From positions 14,756,001 to 14,820,000 of the forward strand of contig NC_043003.1 of assembly GCF_006345805.1 (NCBI RefSeq): DNA of 64,000 nt, in the 5' to 3' direction. Below are positions 13,205-26,384 of this stretch, piece after piece. The DNA is from Octopus sinensis. Taxonomy: Eukaryota. The notes under the pieces were generated by a model that was not told the origin of the DNA, did no database searches, and was given only the letters and a program-made list of their open reading frames with translations. Position 1 is the stretch's first letter; the number at the start of each line of letters is the position of its first letter. The position numbers and the translations under genes were made by a program.

Positions 13205-14252
13205 TGTGCCAGTGGCATGTAAAAGCACCTGTGCCGGTGGCACATGCAAAGCGGCTATTACACTCTTGGAGTAGTTGGCATGTTAGGAAGGGCATCCAGC
13301 CATAGAAACCATGCCAAATCCGATTGGAACCTGGTGCAGCCTTTCAAGCATGCCAGCTCCAGTCAAACCATCTAACCCATACCAGCATAGAAAGCAGATG
13401 TTAAATGATGATGATGATGGTGGTGGTGTGGTGGTGGTGGTGGTGGTGGTGATGATGATGATGATGATGATGGTGATAACGATGGTGATGATGGTGGTGG
13501 TGATGATGATGATGATGATGAGGATGGTGATGATGGTGGTGGTGGTGGTGGTGTGGTGGTGGTGGGGGTGATGATGAGATGATGATGATGATGGATGATG
13601 GTGATAACGAGATGCTGTGGTGTGATGGTGGTGATTGATGATGTGATGATGATGATGATGATGGTGATGAGGATGATGGTGGTGGTGGTGGTGGTGGGTG
13701 GTGGTGGTGGTGATGATGATGATGATGATGATGGTGATAACGATGGTGATGATGGTGGTGGTTGATGATGGTGGATGATGATGATGATGATGAGATGAGG
13801 TGATGATGATATGATGGTGGTGGTGGGGTGGTGGTGGTTGTGGGATGATGATGATGATGATGATGAGATGATGGTGATAACGATGGTGATGATGGTGGTG
13901 GTGATGATGATGATGATGATGATGGTGATGAGGATGATGGTGGTGGTGGTGGTGGTGGTGGTGGTGGTGATGATGATGATGATGATGATGATGATGGTGA
14001 TAACGATGGTGGTGGTGGTGGTGGTGGTGGTGGTGGAGGTAGTGCTGGTGATGATGGTGATGAAGGGTAGTTGGTGGTGGTGGCGGGCGGCGGTGGTGAT
14101 GGTGATGATGATGATGATGATGATGGTGATAACGATGGTGGTGGTGATGGTGGTGGTGGTGGAGGGGTGATGATGCTGGATGATGATAGTGATGAAGGTA
14201 GTGGTGGTGGTGGCGGTGGCGGTGGTGATGGTGATGATGATGATGATGATGA
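13205..14252 (+). repeat. Family C SINE 3' part (13205-13405) followed by about 850-bp (GAT/GGT)n array
   Basis: ggaagggcatccagccatagaaacc, tail, then array with recurring ggtgataacgatggtg unit. Confidence 0.85.
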
Positions 14253-14620
14253 AAACTCACTGTTTATTTTACTGGGTATGATGGAAAGTGTCAGCTGCCC
14301 ACGGCCCGCAGGCTAGGGTGACACTTGCTCACTGATCGTGCTTCAAGAACCCTGCGGAGAAGTCTTGCAGTTCCAAGCAATCATGACTTCTGTAAGTGTT
14401 CTGTCTTTATATTTCTACCAAATTTTCTGAGCCATGTTGGTCATGGAATGCTGATATCTCTGAGCATGCCCACTACCACTGCTATCGTGTCCACTCTCGA
14501 CATTGCCCAGAACTTGATTATTTCCCATCGTGGTTGTTTAGTTTTTCTTACTTATCTTTGATCCTGTTGTCACCAGGATATGCTATATCGCTTATCTGTT
14601 TTCTTGCTGGCATGGATTAG
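14253..14620 (-). mobile_element. R4/Dong-like 3' fragment (REL C-terminus + 3' UTR)
   Basis: Reverse strand gives LLGTARLLRRVLEAR*-like end; 3' UTR matches 18425-18515. Confidence 0.75.
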
Positions 14621-15022
14621 ATGTTTATCTCACAAACTAGTGCTTTCATAAACTTGAAAAGCAACATTTTTGGATGATGCCCTCATGAGCATGAATTTGT
14701 TTTAGTGTCGTAGCTATGCCTGTCTTTTAACTGGAGAGTGCGATATACCTGTATTTATATACATAGAATTACATGCTTCGCCCATGGCTAACACCAATCC
14801 ATGGGGTGTAACTCTTGGTTTCTTTTTTAAAATATTATTTGTAACAAAATTTTGTTGTACCTTTTTGCCACCAGCAAGCCAACATGGAATTTATGTACCT
14901 TCAGTGTAAAAGAAGCTATGCACGTCCAACCAGCCAGTATCCTTGAAGAGGAATGTCACTATTCAGCACATTTTCGATGGTAGCATATATACACACACAT
15001 ATATTTATATATATCACACGTG

Positions 15023-15056
<34 letters not shown>

Positions 15057-15060
<4 letters not shown>

Positions 15061-15359
15061 CATGCAGAAAGTAAATAGACACCTTTAATTTTCAAAATCT
15101 TTTATTTGATATTAATTGGTTGAAGGACAAGTTTCCTTCTAGCTGCTCATCCATAATACGCAAGCTTTTGCAGATATGTAACACACGTTCTTGGACTAAC
15201 TTCTAGCTGTTTTACAATGTCAGAAGCCTTCAAATGGGGTTCATTTTCCACAATTCTCTTCAAACAGCGAAACTTCCTTTCCGAGGGACCAGGTTGGCCG
15301 GGACGAGAATCTGTTGATTCTTTTCCTTGGCTTTTAAATTGCTTTATAATTCTATTAAC
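15057..15359 (-). mobile_element. Internally deleted Tc1-like transposon (HTH region remnant + TIR), cut by gap
   Basis: VNRIIKQFKSQGKESTDSRPGQP..SERKFRCLKRIV..KASDIVKQLEVSPRTCVTYLQKLAYYG resembles Tc1 paired-like HTH; terminus TA-cagacatgcagaaagtaaatagacacc. Confidence 0.75.
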
Positions 15360-15459
15360 NNNNNNNNNNNNNNNNNNNNNNNNNNNNNNNNNNNNNNNNN
15401 NNNNNNNNNNNNNNNNNNNNNNNNNNNNNNNNNNNNNNNNNNNNNNNNNNNNNNNNNNN
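15360..15459. other. Assembly gap (100 N)
   Basis: Run of N. Confidence 1.
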
Positions 15460-15735
15460 GAATAACTCTTTTGAATAAGGCAAGCTGAAATTCCTTCCCC
15501 ACTCAAACAATGCTACTACACTGTTAAAGATTATTTTTCTCCACATCACTCTCTCAGCAGCTTGTTCTTCCAAGTTCTCAAACAAAATAGCACGTTGCTT
15601 TAAGTTCATCGTAAGAAGGTCTTTGCACCATTGTTTGGATTTTGAGGCTTTCTTCCTTTCTTGTTTCAATTCCCCATAAAATTGTTGGTTTGGAATTCTG
15701 TTATTACTCATTTCAATAAGATGTCCACTCAAACT
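15460..15735 (-). mobile_element. RTE (BovB-like) LINE ORF C-terminal remnant
   Basis: GHLIEMSNNRIPNQQFYGELKQ..KQWCKDLLTMNLK..AAERVMWRK resembles RTE GHV.RM...RLPKQ.FYGEL. Confidence 0.8.
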
Positions 15736-15942
15736 CACACACACATGCACACACAGATGCACACATGCACGCATGCACACACATATATATAATCATCATC
15801 ATCATCATCATCATCATCGTCATCATTTAATGCCCATTTTCCATGCTGGCAGAAGTTGGATAGTTTCACAGGAACTGTTGAGTCACAGGACTGCACCAAG
15901 CTGTGATGTATGTTTTGGTATAAATATGTGTGTGTGTGTGTA

Positions 15943-15989
<47 letters not shown>

Positions 15990-16054
15990 GATTAGAATGA
16001 CTCCAGTCAATCATGGCATGATTGACCACAAGCCATGATTGACCACTAAATCCA

Positions 16055-16222
16055 CAAATTTTTTATTCTCTCTCTCTTTATTTTGTCTCATTCCTTTCTG
16101 TTGACGAGTGTAGGCCCAAAACGTAAAAGATTTTCTCACCTTCCCAAGCATCAACCTAATACACCTGCTTATTGCTTATACACCTGTCTTTATCTTTTGT
16201 TTTTCTGCAAATTTCAACTACA
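16055..16222 (+). mobile_element. Short PLE pLTR-like repeat (family H) with HHR-like motif at 16094-16129
   Basis: Homologous to 58325-58500 (-), 60335-60510 (+), 53955-54055, 61181-61278 (-); ends at a TA/TACA microsatellite. Confidence 0.6.
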
Positions 16223-16230
16223 TACATACA

Positions 16231-16266
<36 letters not shown>

Positions 16267-16384
16267 TATATATACACACACAAACATATATATATATTCT
16301 TTCTTTCTCTTTTAGTGTTTTATTTCTTCAAGTCATTTGGGTGCAGCCATGCTGAAGCACCACACACACACACGCACACACACG

Positions 16385-16418
<34 letters not shown>

Positions 16419-17261
16419 CATACATATATGTATATATATATGGAGAGGGAGTGAGAGAGAGAGAGGAGAAAGAGAGAGAGGGGGAGAGAGATAGCTTACC
16501 TGAAAAACAGATTATTGGAGACAGGAAAGGCATACTGATCTTAGCATACTGCTTTGATAAGACATAACCAACCCATGTCAGCATGAAAAAGTGGACATAG
16601 AAATGATGACGATTGTGATGATGATGACACCGATGATGATACACACACGTTCAAATTTACAAACAATCAATAAAAAGCAATCATTGCTTACAATTAATCC
16701 ATTTATTCAAAGCTGTTGCTACTCAGATTTCCATGTTTCTGCTTTTCACTGTATATAGGCATGAGTGAAAACACATTTTAATATAGACTCTACCACCTCA
16801 TCAGTTCATATAAGCATCAGTTGAAAGTAAACTCTTTGTTACTTTCCTGGCATATTTATCCAAGATAAAAAAAGGAAAAAATGCAGTAAGGTTACATGGT
16901 AGGTCCAGAATAAAACAATCTCTTCAAGAGTATATAGATCAAAAGTATGCAATTTATGCCAAACTGAGGAATGTATTTTATGGAATGTGTTTTATTTCAT
17001 CTGATGCCAATTCTAGGCCACAAACCAAAGAATAAATCAATAACCACTGCTACAAATCCCTCTTTGTTATTTATAAAGAATTCTTCTGAATTACTGTTAT
17101 GTAGGAGCCAATAAACAAATCTCATACCTGGTCGTTTTAACAGCTAAAAATGGCAGCTAAATCTCTTTCAAATCACACGTCAATCTAGGAAAAATAAGGA
17201 TACTCTGGCTAATATAGTCTTAGATATGAATAACTGGCACTTAGTTACTTAAGGCAAAGAG

Positions 17262-17670
17262 GGATCAACGGAAGAGCTTGCTTGCGAAATTAATGAAATT
17301 AATGTGCAAGTGGCTGAGCACTCCACTGACATGTGTACCCTTAATGTAGTTCTTAGAAAGATTCAGCATGACACAGAATGTGACTCAGAGTCGATTAAAT
17401 AAGTACCAGTTACACACGGGGGTCGATATAATCGACTGGCCCCCTCCCTCAAGATTTTGGGCCTTGTACCTAGAGTAGAAAAGAATATTTTAAGGCAGCA
17501 AACTGGCAGAAACGTTAGCACGCCTGGCGAAATGCTTAGTCTTATTTTGTCTGTCTTTAAGTCCTGAGTTCAAATTCTGTCGAGGTCGACTTTGCCTGTC
17601 ATCTTTTCAGGGTCGATAAATTAAGTACCAGTTGGATACTGAGGTCGATCTAATCGACTGGTCCCCTCTT
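17262..17670. mobile_element. SINE family E tail fragment (-) plus Nin-DC-like SINE pieces (+)
   Basis: gaaattaatgtgcaagtggctgagcactccac matches 54836-55213; Nin-like copy 17492-17670. Confidence 0.65.
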
Positions 17671-17684
17671 GAATTGCAAAACCT

Positions 17685-18515
17685 CATGGGATGCAATGAT
17701 TCAGTGCAATCACCTGACCAGACATCGGAAACCGGACATTGTCATGATGAAAAGAGTGGCTGTGTGGTAAGTAGCTTGCTAACCAACCACATGGTTCCGG
17801 GTTCAGTCCCACTGTGTGGCATCTTGGGCAAGTGTCTTCTACTATAGCCGTGGGCCGACCAATGCCTTGTGAGTGGATTTGGTAGACGGAAACTGAAAGA
17901 AGCCTGTCGTATATATGTAAGTATATATATATATATGTGTGTGTGTATGTGTTTGTGCGTCTGTGTTTGTCCCCCTAGCATTGCTTGACAACCGAAGCTG
18001 GTGTGTTTACGTTCCCGTCACTTAGCAGTTCGGCAAAAGAGACCGATAGCATAAGTACTGGGCTTACAAAGAATAAGTCCTGGGGTTGATTTGCTCAACT
18101 AAAGGCGGTGCTCCAGCATGGCCGCAGTCAAATGACTGAAACAAGTAAAAGAGTAAAGAGTATAGCATGCCCTGGTGACAACAGGATCAATGTGAAAGAA
18201 GAGGAAAAAAATCAACAAACTATGACGATTTGAAGTGGGAAATATGAAGGTTGTGGTCAATGAAGAGGGTAGAAGTGATACCAATGGTAACTGGTGCACT
18301 TGGAAGCATCAGCACTCAACAAACAAAATGGCCGAAAAAGATTGGTGCAAGTGTGAATGTAGAACAGCTACAAAAATCAGTATTGCTTGGAGGCGTAAGA
18401 ATTTTTCGCAGGGTTCTTGAAGCATGACCAGTAAATAAGTCTCACCTTAGTCTGCTGACTGTGGACAGCTGACACTTTGCATCATACCCAGCAAAATAAG
18501 CTGTCAGTTTTTCAT
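17685..18515 (+). mobile_element. R4/Dong-like REL fragment split by a family A SINE
   Basis: WDAMIQCNHLTRHRKPDIVMMK (17687-17752), then IACPGDNRINVKEEEK..IPMVTGALGS..LQKSVLLGGVRIFRRVLEA* (18161-18426), 3' UTR, then (CTA)(TAA)n. Confidence 0.8.
17753..18160 (+). mobile_element. Full-length SINE family A
   Basis: Very similar to 4501-4900. Confidence 0.85.
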
Positions 18516-18518
18516 CAA

Positions 18519-18519
18519 A

Positions 18520-18591
<72 letters not shown>

Positions 18592-18617
18592 TAATAATAA
18601 TGATAACAAAAATAATG

Positions 18618-18672
<55 letters not shown>

Positions 18673-18695
18673 GGATGACAAAAATAATGATGATG

Positions 18696-18753
<58 letters not shown>
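18519..18753. repeat. (CTA)n(TAA)n microsatellite
   Basis: Read directly. Confidence 0.95.
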
Positions 18754-18756
<3 letters not shown>

Positions 18757-19138
18757 GAGCACTCAGAGAGCACAAACCTCCGCCGAGGCAACACCAACAT
18801 CCTCTCAACAATTAGCCAGAGATGAATTTTAAAATGAGAATATCTGAACTAAACTCAGCTGCTCTCACAAACGAGAATACTAAAAATGAATCCAACCACT
18901 CTCAAAAATTAAGTAAAAAAAAACAGGAAAGATAATCCAGAATCCTTGTCCGGTACCGGATCAATCCCAAAATCTAATCAATTTGTGCCAGTCATGAGGC
19001 CAAACATCCCTGAAAGTTTCATCCGAATCCATCCAGCAGTTCTTGAGATATCTTGTCCACAGACAAATAAACAAACAAACAAACAAACAAACAAACACAA
19101 CTGAAAACAATATCTCCGCCTTCGCTAAGGTAGCAGTA
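18754..19138 (-). mobile_element. Non-autonomous Helentron/HINE (DINE-1-like)
   Basis: Minus strand: subterminal ggcggag motif at both ends, (GTTT)n then ..ggatggattcggatgaaactttcagg, 3' hairpin gcactcagagagcac; in TAA array. Confidence 0.65.
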
Positions 19139-19156
19139 ATAATAATAATAATAATA

Positions 19157-19233
<77 letters not shown>

Positions 19234-20027
19234 AATAATAATAATAATAATGCAATTAACCAACTAATCAAGAAGTAAGCCAATCAATTTACCATCTCAC
19301 TAAACAAAAGCAGTAAAAAAAATGCACAAAGACATACAGAAAAAGTAAAAAAAAAAAAAGCCAACCAAGAAATTGTCTAAACATAGTTAAGCATGCTTCT
19401 AATTGTCCAAACCTTATTCTACTTAGCCAAACAGTCATTCACTTGCTAAATGTCTTTCTCCTAGCTATGGTGCATACTACTACTAGCTAAACCAACCAAC
19501 CAACCAACTGATTGACTGACTGACTGACTATCATTCCACCAGTGAAAATAATCAACACCAACTTGCAGACGAAAAAAAAAATGGAAAAAAAAAAAATAAT
19601 AATTTAAATGAAAAAAAAAAAGAGAGAAAAATGTCAAATTTGCCAGCTCTAATTAACCTGTCAATTAGCTACAAAATGAACAATGGAACCCACCACCCAC
19701 CCAACCCTGATATTAAGCATCCAAGAGAATGTAATTCTTAGAATTCTCATGCATTTAGAATCTGCTTCAGTTCATTAATATCAGCTAAATCTAAACTCTA
19801 CCATCGTCTGTTTGTTATATTGCATTTTTTTTTGTTTTTTTTTACCGTTTTTTTGGGGGTTTTTTTTTGCTTTTAGTAGTTCTTCAAATGAGTTTGCTTA
19901 TTTCCTATATTGGCCTATTTCCTACATTTTTCTTCTTCTTACCAATTTTATAGCGCTTATTCCTTGTGGCAGAGGAAACGGATAGAAACGAAATAGGAGA
20001 GAATGGATCATTTATCTTTTGTCATGT

Positions 20028-20376
20028 GCTTGTTTCAGTCATTGGACTGCGGCCATGCTGGGGCACTGCCTTGAATTGTTTTAATCAAATGACTCAAATG
20101 ACTGGACTTGATTTTTTTTTTGCTATGGCTGGTACTTATTTTATTAGTCTCTTATACCCATCCGCTAAGTTATAGGGATATAAACAAACAAACACCAGTT
20201 GTCAAGCAATGATGCAGGTCAGATACAAACACAAAGGCACATATACACACACACACACATATACAAATATATATATACATCATCATCATCATCATCATTG
20301 TTTAACGTCCGCTTTCCATGCTAGCATGGGTTGGATGATTTGACTGGGGACTGGCGAACCAGATGGCTGCACCAGG

Positions 20377-20420
<44 letters not shown>

Positions 20421-20430
20421 AATAATTATA

Positions 20431-20464
<34 letters not shown>

Positions 20465-20612
20465 GGAGAGGTTTCTTTGAGTTTCTATCTTCTAAATCCA
20501 CTCATAAGGTTTTGGCTGACATGGGAATAAAGTAGAAGACACTTGCCCAAGGTGCCAGACAGTGGAACTGAACTGTGTGGTTTGGAAGCAAATTTCTTAC
20601 CACACAACCCTG
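20028..20612 (-). mobile_element. SINE family A interrupted by family C tail (20296-20380) and (TA)n
   Basis: Tail 20028-20240 and head 20470-20612 match family A. Confidence 0.7.
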
Positions 20613-21385
20613 CCAAGATTGGGAGAAAAAAAAATTCTTTAAAAATTTCTTTAAAATAAATATGTAGATTATTCCACTTGAAAAGGTTAATGACTAGTTT
20701 TAAATAGCTTTATTCTGTGGCACATTGGTCAATTATGGAAGCAATCATTAGAAATTTTCTGCATACACAATTTATAGTTTGGTTGTGCTGCTGTACAAAA
20801 TATACCTAATTAGTAGGTATATACTAAATCAATAACTTGGTATTTTCCTGACAACCACTAAAAATCTATAAATGCAATAGAGAAAGGCAAGTTTTCCTTC
20901 AAACATAACAAAAGAAGCAAAAGAATTCGTTTGGCATTTTAGCATTTTCCGACTGAAACTCTTCATTTGTTAGAGAGAAATAATAGCCCTGTCTGCCATA
21001 TTGACAGAAATAAAAGCAGCCATTTTTCCTCTCTGCTGAATTTCTTTCTTAATTACTTTACTCTCTCTCCAACGTTGCTTTTGTCTTTATTTTTCCTGAC
21101 CAAGCTTTGATAGATTACTTACCCATGTCCTACTTATTGGCACAGTTTTCACTCTGATTGTGGTCAGTAGTTTTTGGGCCCGGTCCAGCTAATGACTATC
21201 TGTCTGATTCTTGGACTGGTGACAAAACTTGTACAGATGCAAAATGAACAAGACACAGCAATTTTTCTGATCTGGCCAATGTGTTGTAGCTTGTTGAGTA
21301 GTTAACGCTTAGATTTATTATCATCTGGCACAAAATTGGCCTTATGTGGTTATTAGAGAGAAAGAAAAAAAAAAAAGACACTGCC

Positions 21386-21554
21386 ATACATATATATAAA
21401 TATATACATACATACATACATACATATATATATATATTATATATATATATACACATACATGGGAGAACTATGTATAAGTGGGTGTTTGTGGGTGTGTATA
21501 TATATAAAATATACATATATTTATATTTATATTTATATATACATATATATGCAC

Positions 21555-21590
<36 letters not shown>

Positions 21591-21659
21591 CATATATACA
21601 TATATATATATATCTATATATATATATATACAGATATACATATATATATATATATATAT

Positions 21660-21708
<49 letters not shown>

Positions 21709-21732
21709 ATATATATATATACATATATATAT

Positions 21733-21781
<49 letters not shown>

Positions 21782-22383
21782 TACATATATATATATATAC
21801 AGATATACATATATATATGTATGCATGTAGTATGTATGTACATGTGTATATATGCCACCATTATTTCTTTCTTTGGCAGTGTTATTGGCACAAAAAGAAT
21901 GATCCTACTCGATTCTTTTTTTTTCTTGGTAAATGTGATTGGATATTTAGCCGAACCGATTAGAATCTATTCCTTTAATAAGAAGAATAGTTCTTTTCAA
22001 ATTTGGTTTCTTTCAAACTTTGAATGAATTTGAATCTAAGTCCTAGCTATATTTAAGGATTTTCTTTTTATCCTCTACGCATTAAGGAATGTTACAAATT
22101 ATGGCTTTATCAACTGAAGAGTTATATTCATGTCAGAATTGAACAGTAATTATAGAGCTGGCATTGTTTGGGAGAGAATTCCTGTCTGTAGATATTTAAT
22201 GTTCAAGAACACACACACACACGTACATGCACATACACACACACGTACACACACGTACACACACTCACATATATTTGTATATAGATAGATAAGCAAATAG
22301 ATATATACGCCCACATGCATGTAGGCAGCTACAAGCATACACTTATAAAGATGTGCATATAAATGTTGTGCTTGTTATATATT

Positions 22384-22420
<37 letters not shown>

Positions 22421-22481
22421 GCGTGTGTATATATATATATTATATATATTATATATATTATAATATATATATATATATATT

Positions 22482-22565
<84 letters not shown>

Positions 22566-22601
22566 TATATATATAAGTATATATATATATATATATATAT
22601 T

Positions 22602-22639
<38 letters not shown>

Positions 22640-22752
22640 TAGATACAGAGAATGTATATGTGTGTATATGTATGCATGTGTATATATGTGTGTGTGTGTA
22701 TGTATATGTGTATATGTGTGTATGTATATGTATGCATGTGTGTGTATGTGTA
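21386..22752. repeat. (TA)n/(TATG)n arrays (21386-21852, 22376-22752)
   Basis: Read directly. Confidence 0.9.
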
Positions 22753-23034
22753 TTGCTGTAAGTACTTGTTTAAAAATAGAAAAATCTCAAGATTAAGTCA
22801 TGTGCTCAATATGATGAAGTAGAGCGGAGGTATTCCTTTATTTCAATGTTTCATACTGGAAGTCTAAGTTTATATTCGTGTATATTAGAAATAATCTCGA
22901 TTGTTGCTGTGATGTAAAAACAGATAGACTCAAGAACATGAGGTTGCAGGAGATGCGAGTGCACCCGCTAAAGCCTTTTTGGTGAGACTGTGAAAACACT
23001 TTGAACATCTTCTTGAAAAACTTCATCACCAAAC

Positions 23035-23381
23035 TGGCGGTGTGGTAAGAAGTTTGCTTCCCTACCACATGGTCCTAAGTTCAGTCTCACTGCATGGCAC
23101 CTTGGGCAAGTGTCTTCCACTATAGCCTCAAGCCAACCAAAGCCTTGTGAGTGGATTTTCTAGATGGAAACTGAAAGAAGCCTTTTGTATATATACATAT
23201 ATATATGTAAGCACAGGCGCAGCTCTGTAGGACTGTGTGGTTCCAGGTTCAGTCCCACTGCATGGCAACTTGGGTAAGTGTCTTTTACTATGGCCTCAGG
23301 GCGACCAAAGCCCTTTGAGTGGATTTAGTAGACGGAAACTGAAAGAAGCCCATCATATGTATATATATATATATATATATA

Positions 23382-23420
<39 letters not shown>

Positions 23421-23565
23421 ATATTTGTGTGTCTCTGTTTGTTCCCCACCACCATCGCTTGATGTACAAGCTTACAAAGAACAAGTACTGGGGTCGTTTG
23501 TTTGAATAAAACCCCTCAAGGTGGTGCTCCGGCTTGGCCACATTAAAATTACTGAAACAAATATA
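23035..23565 (+). mobile_element. Two tandem family A SINE copies (head 23035-23185; deleted copy 23237-23565)
   Basis: CORE-like box and tail match 4501-4900. Confidence 0.75.
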
Positions 23566-23857
23566 AGGAAGTCAAAGAATAAACACAGAAACATTTTTTG
23601 ACCGATTTGAAATATTACTTTTCCATTATTGGTTTTATCCGATTTGATTGATGAACAATTATAAGTTTTGGACATAGGCTTGGACTCCCATAAGCAAATT
23701 ACATTCCAACATTTGCCTGAAAACATTTCTATTTTTGATAAACTTGAATTATTCAACTCATAGCAAGTTTTCATGTGATGTTTTTTGGTTTTAGTTTTTA
23801 ATTATAATTGAATATATGTTCTGTCATAACATCATCATCATCATCATCATCATCATC

Positions 23858-24455
23858 ATTAACGTCCGTTTTCCATGCCGGCATGGGTTGGACAGATTAA
23901 CTGGGGGACTGGCAAACCAGGAGGCCACACCAGGCTCCAATCTGATCTGGCAATGTTTCTACAGCTGGATGCCCTCCCTAACACCCAACTACTCCGAGAG
24001 TGTAGTATATCAGCCGAAACGTTGTGTTAACAACAGACAAGACGAGGACAAATATCCGTCAATTGTAAACAATGTAAATAATGTAAATAATTCCTCATCT
24101 CTTAAATAGAGAAATGCAGAAGAAAAGTTGGATCGATTCTTTGACATGCTGGCCCCCACACAGTACTAGAGCAAGGTTATTGCCAGTGCCACTGGACTGG
24201 CTCCTATGAAGGTGGCACATAAAAAGTACCATTTGAGCGTGGCCAGTACCGCCTGACTGGCCCTTGTGCTGGTGGCACATAAAAGCACCCACTACACTCT
24301 TGGAGTGGTTGGCGTTAGAAAGGGCATCAAGCTGTAGAAACTCTGCCAGATCAGATTGGAGCCTGGTGCAGCCATCTGGTTTGCCAATCCTCAGTCAAAT
24401 CATCCAACCCATGCTAGCATGGAAAGTGGACGTTAAACGATGATGATGATGATGA
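23858..24455. mobile_element. Oppositely oriented family C SINEs (23858-24005 -, 24175-24455 +) with a PLE-like fragment between them
   Basis: Meta-like domains and GAT tails pointing outward; 24006-24112 starts tatatcagccgaaacgttgtg. Confidence 0.7.
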
Positions 24456-24713
24456 ACACAACGCTGGGTACCATATAATTACTACAGTCAATATAATTAT
24501 CCCATTAATTCTTGTCCCATTAATTTTCTGGCCGTATATCTAGGTTAAAAGCTATTGTATTATCATTATTTGGGTTCTTATGGCGGAGAGCTGGCAGGAT
24601 TATTAGCACACTGGACAAAAGGCTTAGCAGTATTTTGTTCAAATTCTGCTTAAGAAACATTTCGATTTTGGATTTGGTTTGCAAGATTCTTTATATGAGT
24701 TCGTGTATTGATA

Positions 24714-25244
24714 GCATATTCTGTTGTGTCCAGGAAGAGTCATTTTCTTTTTGTGTCTTATAATTTAACACGCACACCAGTAAAAGTTCCACTTATTCCT
24801 TATTTTTATTTTCCTAAAATTTACGTTGTGTCTTGGAACCTTTTCAGTAGTCTTGACTCTTGAAAAGACAATTGTAAAGGTTGCAAGAGGCAACGAAAAT
24901 TTTAGGAAAATAAAAATATGAAATAAGTGGAAATTTTACCGGTGAGTATTTTAAATTATATATTTCTTTACTACCCACAAGGGGCTAAACATAGAGGGGA
25001 CAAACAAGGACAGACAAAGGGATTAAGTCAATTACATCGACCCAGTGCGAAACTGGTACTTTATTTATCGACCCCGAAGGATAAAGGCAAAGTCTACCTC
25101 GGCGGAATTTGAACTCAGAACGTAACGACAGACGAAATACGCTAAGCATTTCGCCCTCGCGCTAACTTTCTGCCAGCTCGCCGCCTTTTTAAATTATAAG
25201 ACACAAAAAGAAAATTACTCTCCCCAGACACTACAGAATATGCT
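24714..25244. mobile_element. Foldback element (inverted arms of about 130 bp), right arm interrupted by a Nin-DC-like SINE (24961-25186, -)
   Basis: gcatattctg..aaccttt (24714-24845) is the imperfect reverse complement of 24876-24960 + 25199-25244; ttttaaattata duplicated on both sides of the SINE. Confidence 0.75.
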
Positions 25245-25406
25245 GAAGAAATATTTGAATGGCAAAGTCAGGGGTCGATGTAATCAACTGGCCCTGTTCC
25301 CTTCTAAATTTTAGGCCTTGTGCTTTTGATAGAAAGGATTATTGCGTTCTTTGGTAACATCTGGGAGAATTTTTCGTGATCAATATTTGTTAGTTATTAT
25401 TGTTTT

Positions 25407-25780
25407 GTGGCTGTGTGGTAAGTAGCTTGCTTACCAACTACATGGTTCTGGGTTCAGTCCCACTGCATGGCACCTTGGGCAGGTGTCTTTTACTATAGTC
25501 TTGGGCCGACCAAAGCCTTGTGAGTGAATTTGGTAGACGGAAACTGAAAGAAACCCATCATGTGTGTGTGTGTATGTGTGTTTTTGTGTGTGCTTGTCCC
25601 CCCAACATCGCTTGACAACCGATGCTGATGTGTTTACGTCCCCATAACTTAGCGGTTTGACAAAAGGGATCATTAGAATAAGCACTAAGCTTACAAAGAA
25701 TAAGTCCTGGGGCGTGATTTGCTCGACTAAAGGTGGTGCTCCAGCAAGGCCATAGTCAAATGACTGAAACAAGTAAAATG
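25407..25780 (+). mobile_element. SINE family A
   Basis: Matches 4501-4900. Confidence 0.85.
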
Positions 25781-25789
25781 GAAAGATAA

Positions 25790-25823
<34 letters not shown>

Positions 25824-25917
25824 GGAGTAAGACATAAATGTGAAACAAGGGGAAAAAAGAGTACTCAAATACCAGTGGTAGAGTAATTTTGTTGAATTTT
25901 CTGCTGCTTTAAATAAA

Positions 25918-26040
<123 letters not shown>

Positions 26041-26095
26041 ATATATATATACATATGCATACATATATACATACATACATACATACATATATACA

Positions 26096-26146
<51 letters not shown>

Positions 26147-26384
26147 TACATGTAAATCACTATTGCTCTTTGTCTTTGTCTTGCCCTAAATATTTTTTCC
26201 CAGTTCTTGTGGCCAATAAAGAATTTATTATTATTATTATTATTTTATTATTATTATTATTATTGTCGAATCAGATTGGAACCTGGTGCAGCCTCCTGGC
26301 TTGCCAGTCCTCAGTCAAACCATCCAACCGATGCCAGCATGGAAAGCAGATGTTAAACGACAATGATGATGATGATTACTATTA

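Noticed and set aside
14937-14988. ttgaaga-ggaatgt..acattt-cga..gta possible decayed HHR
   Set aside because: GAAA missing and stem I mismatched; not supportable from one copy.
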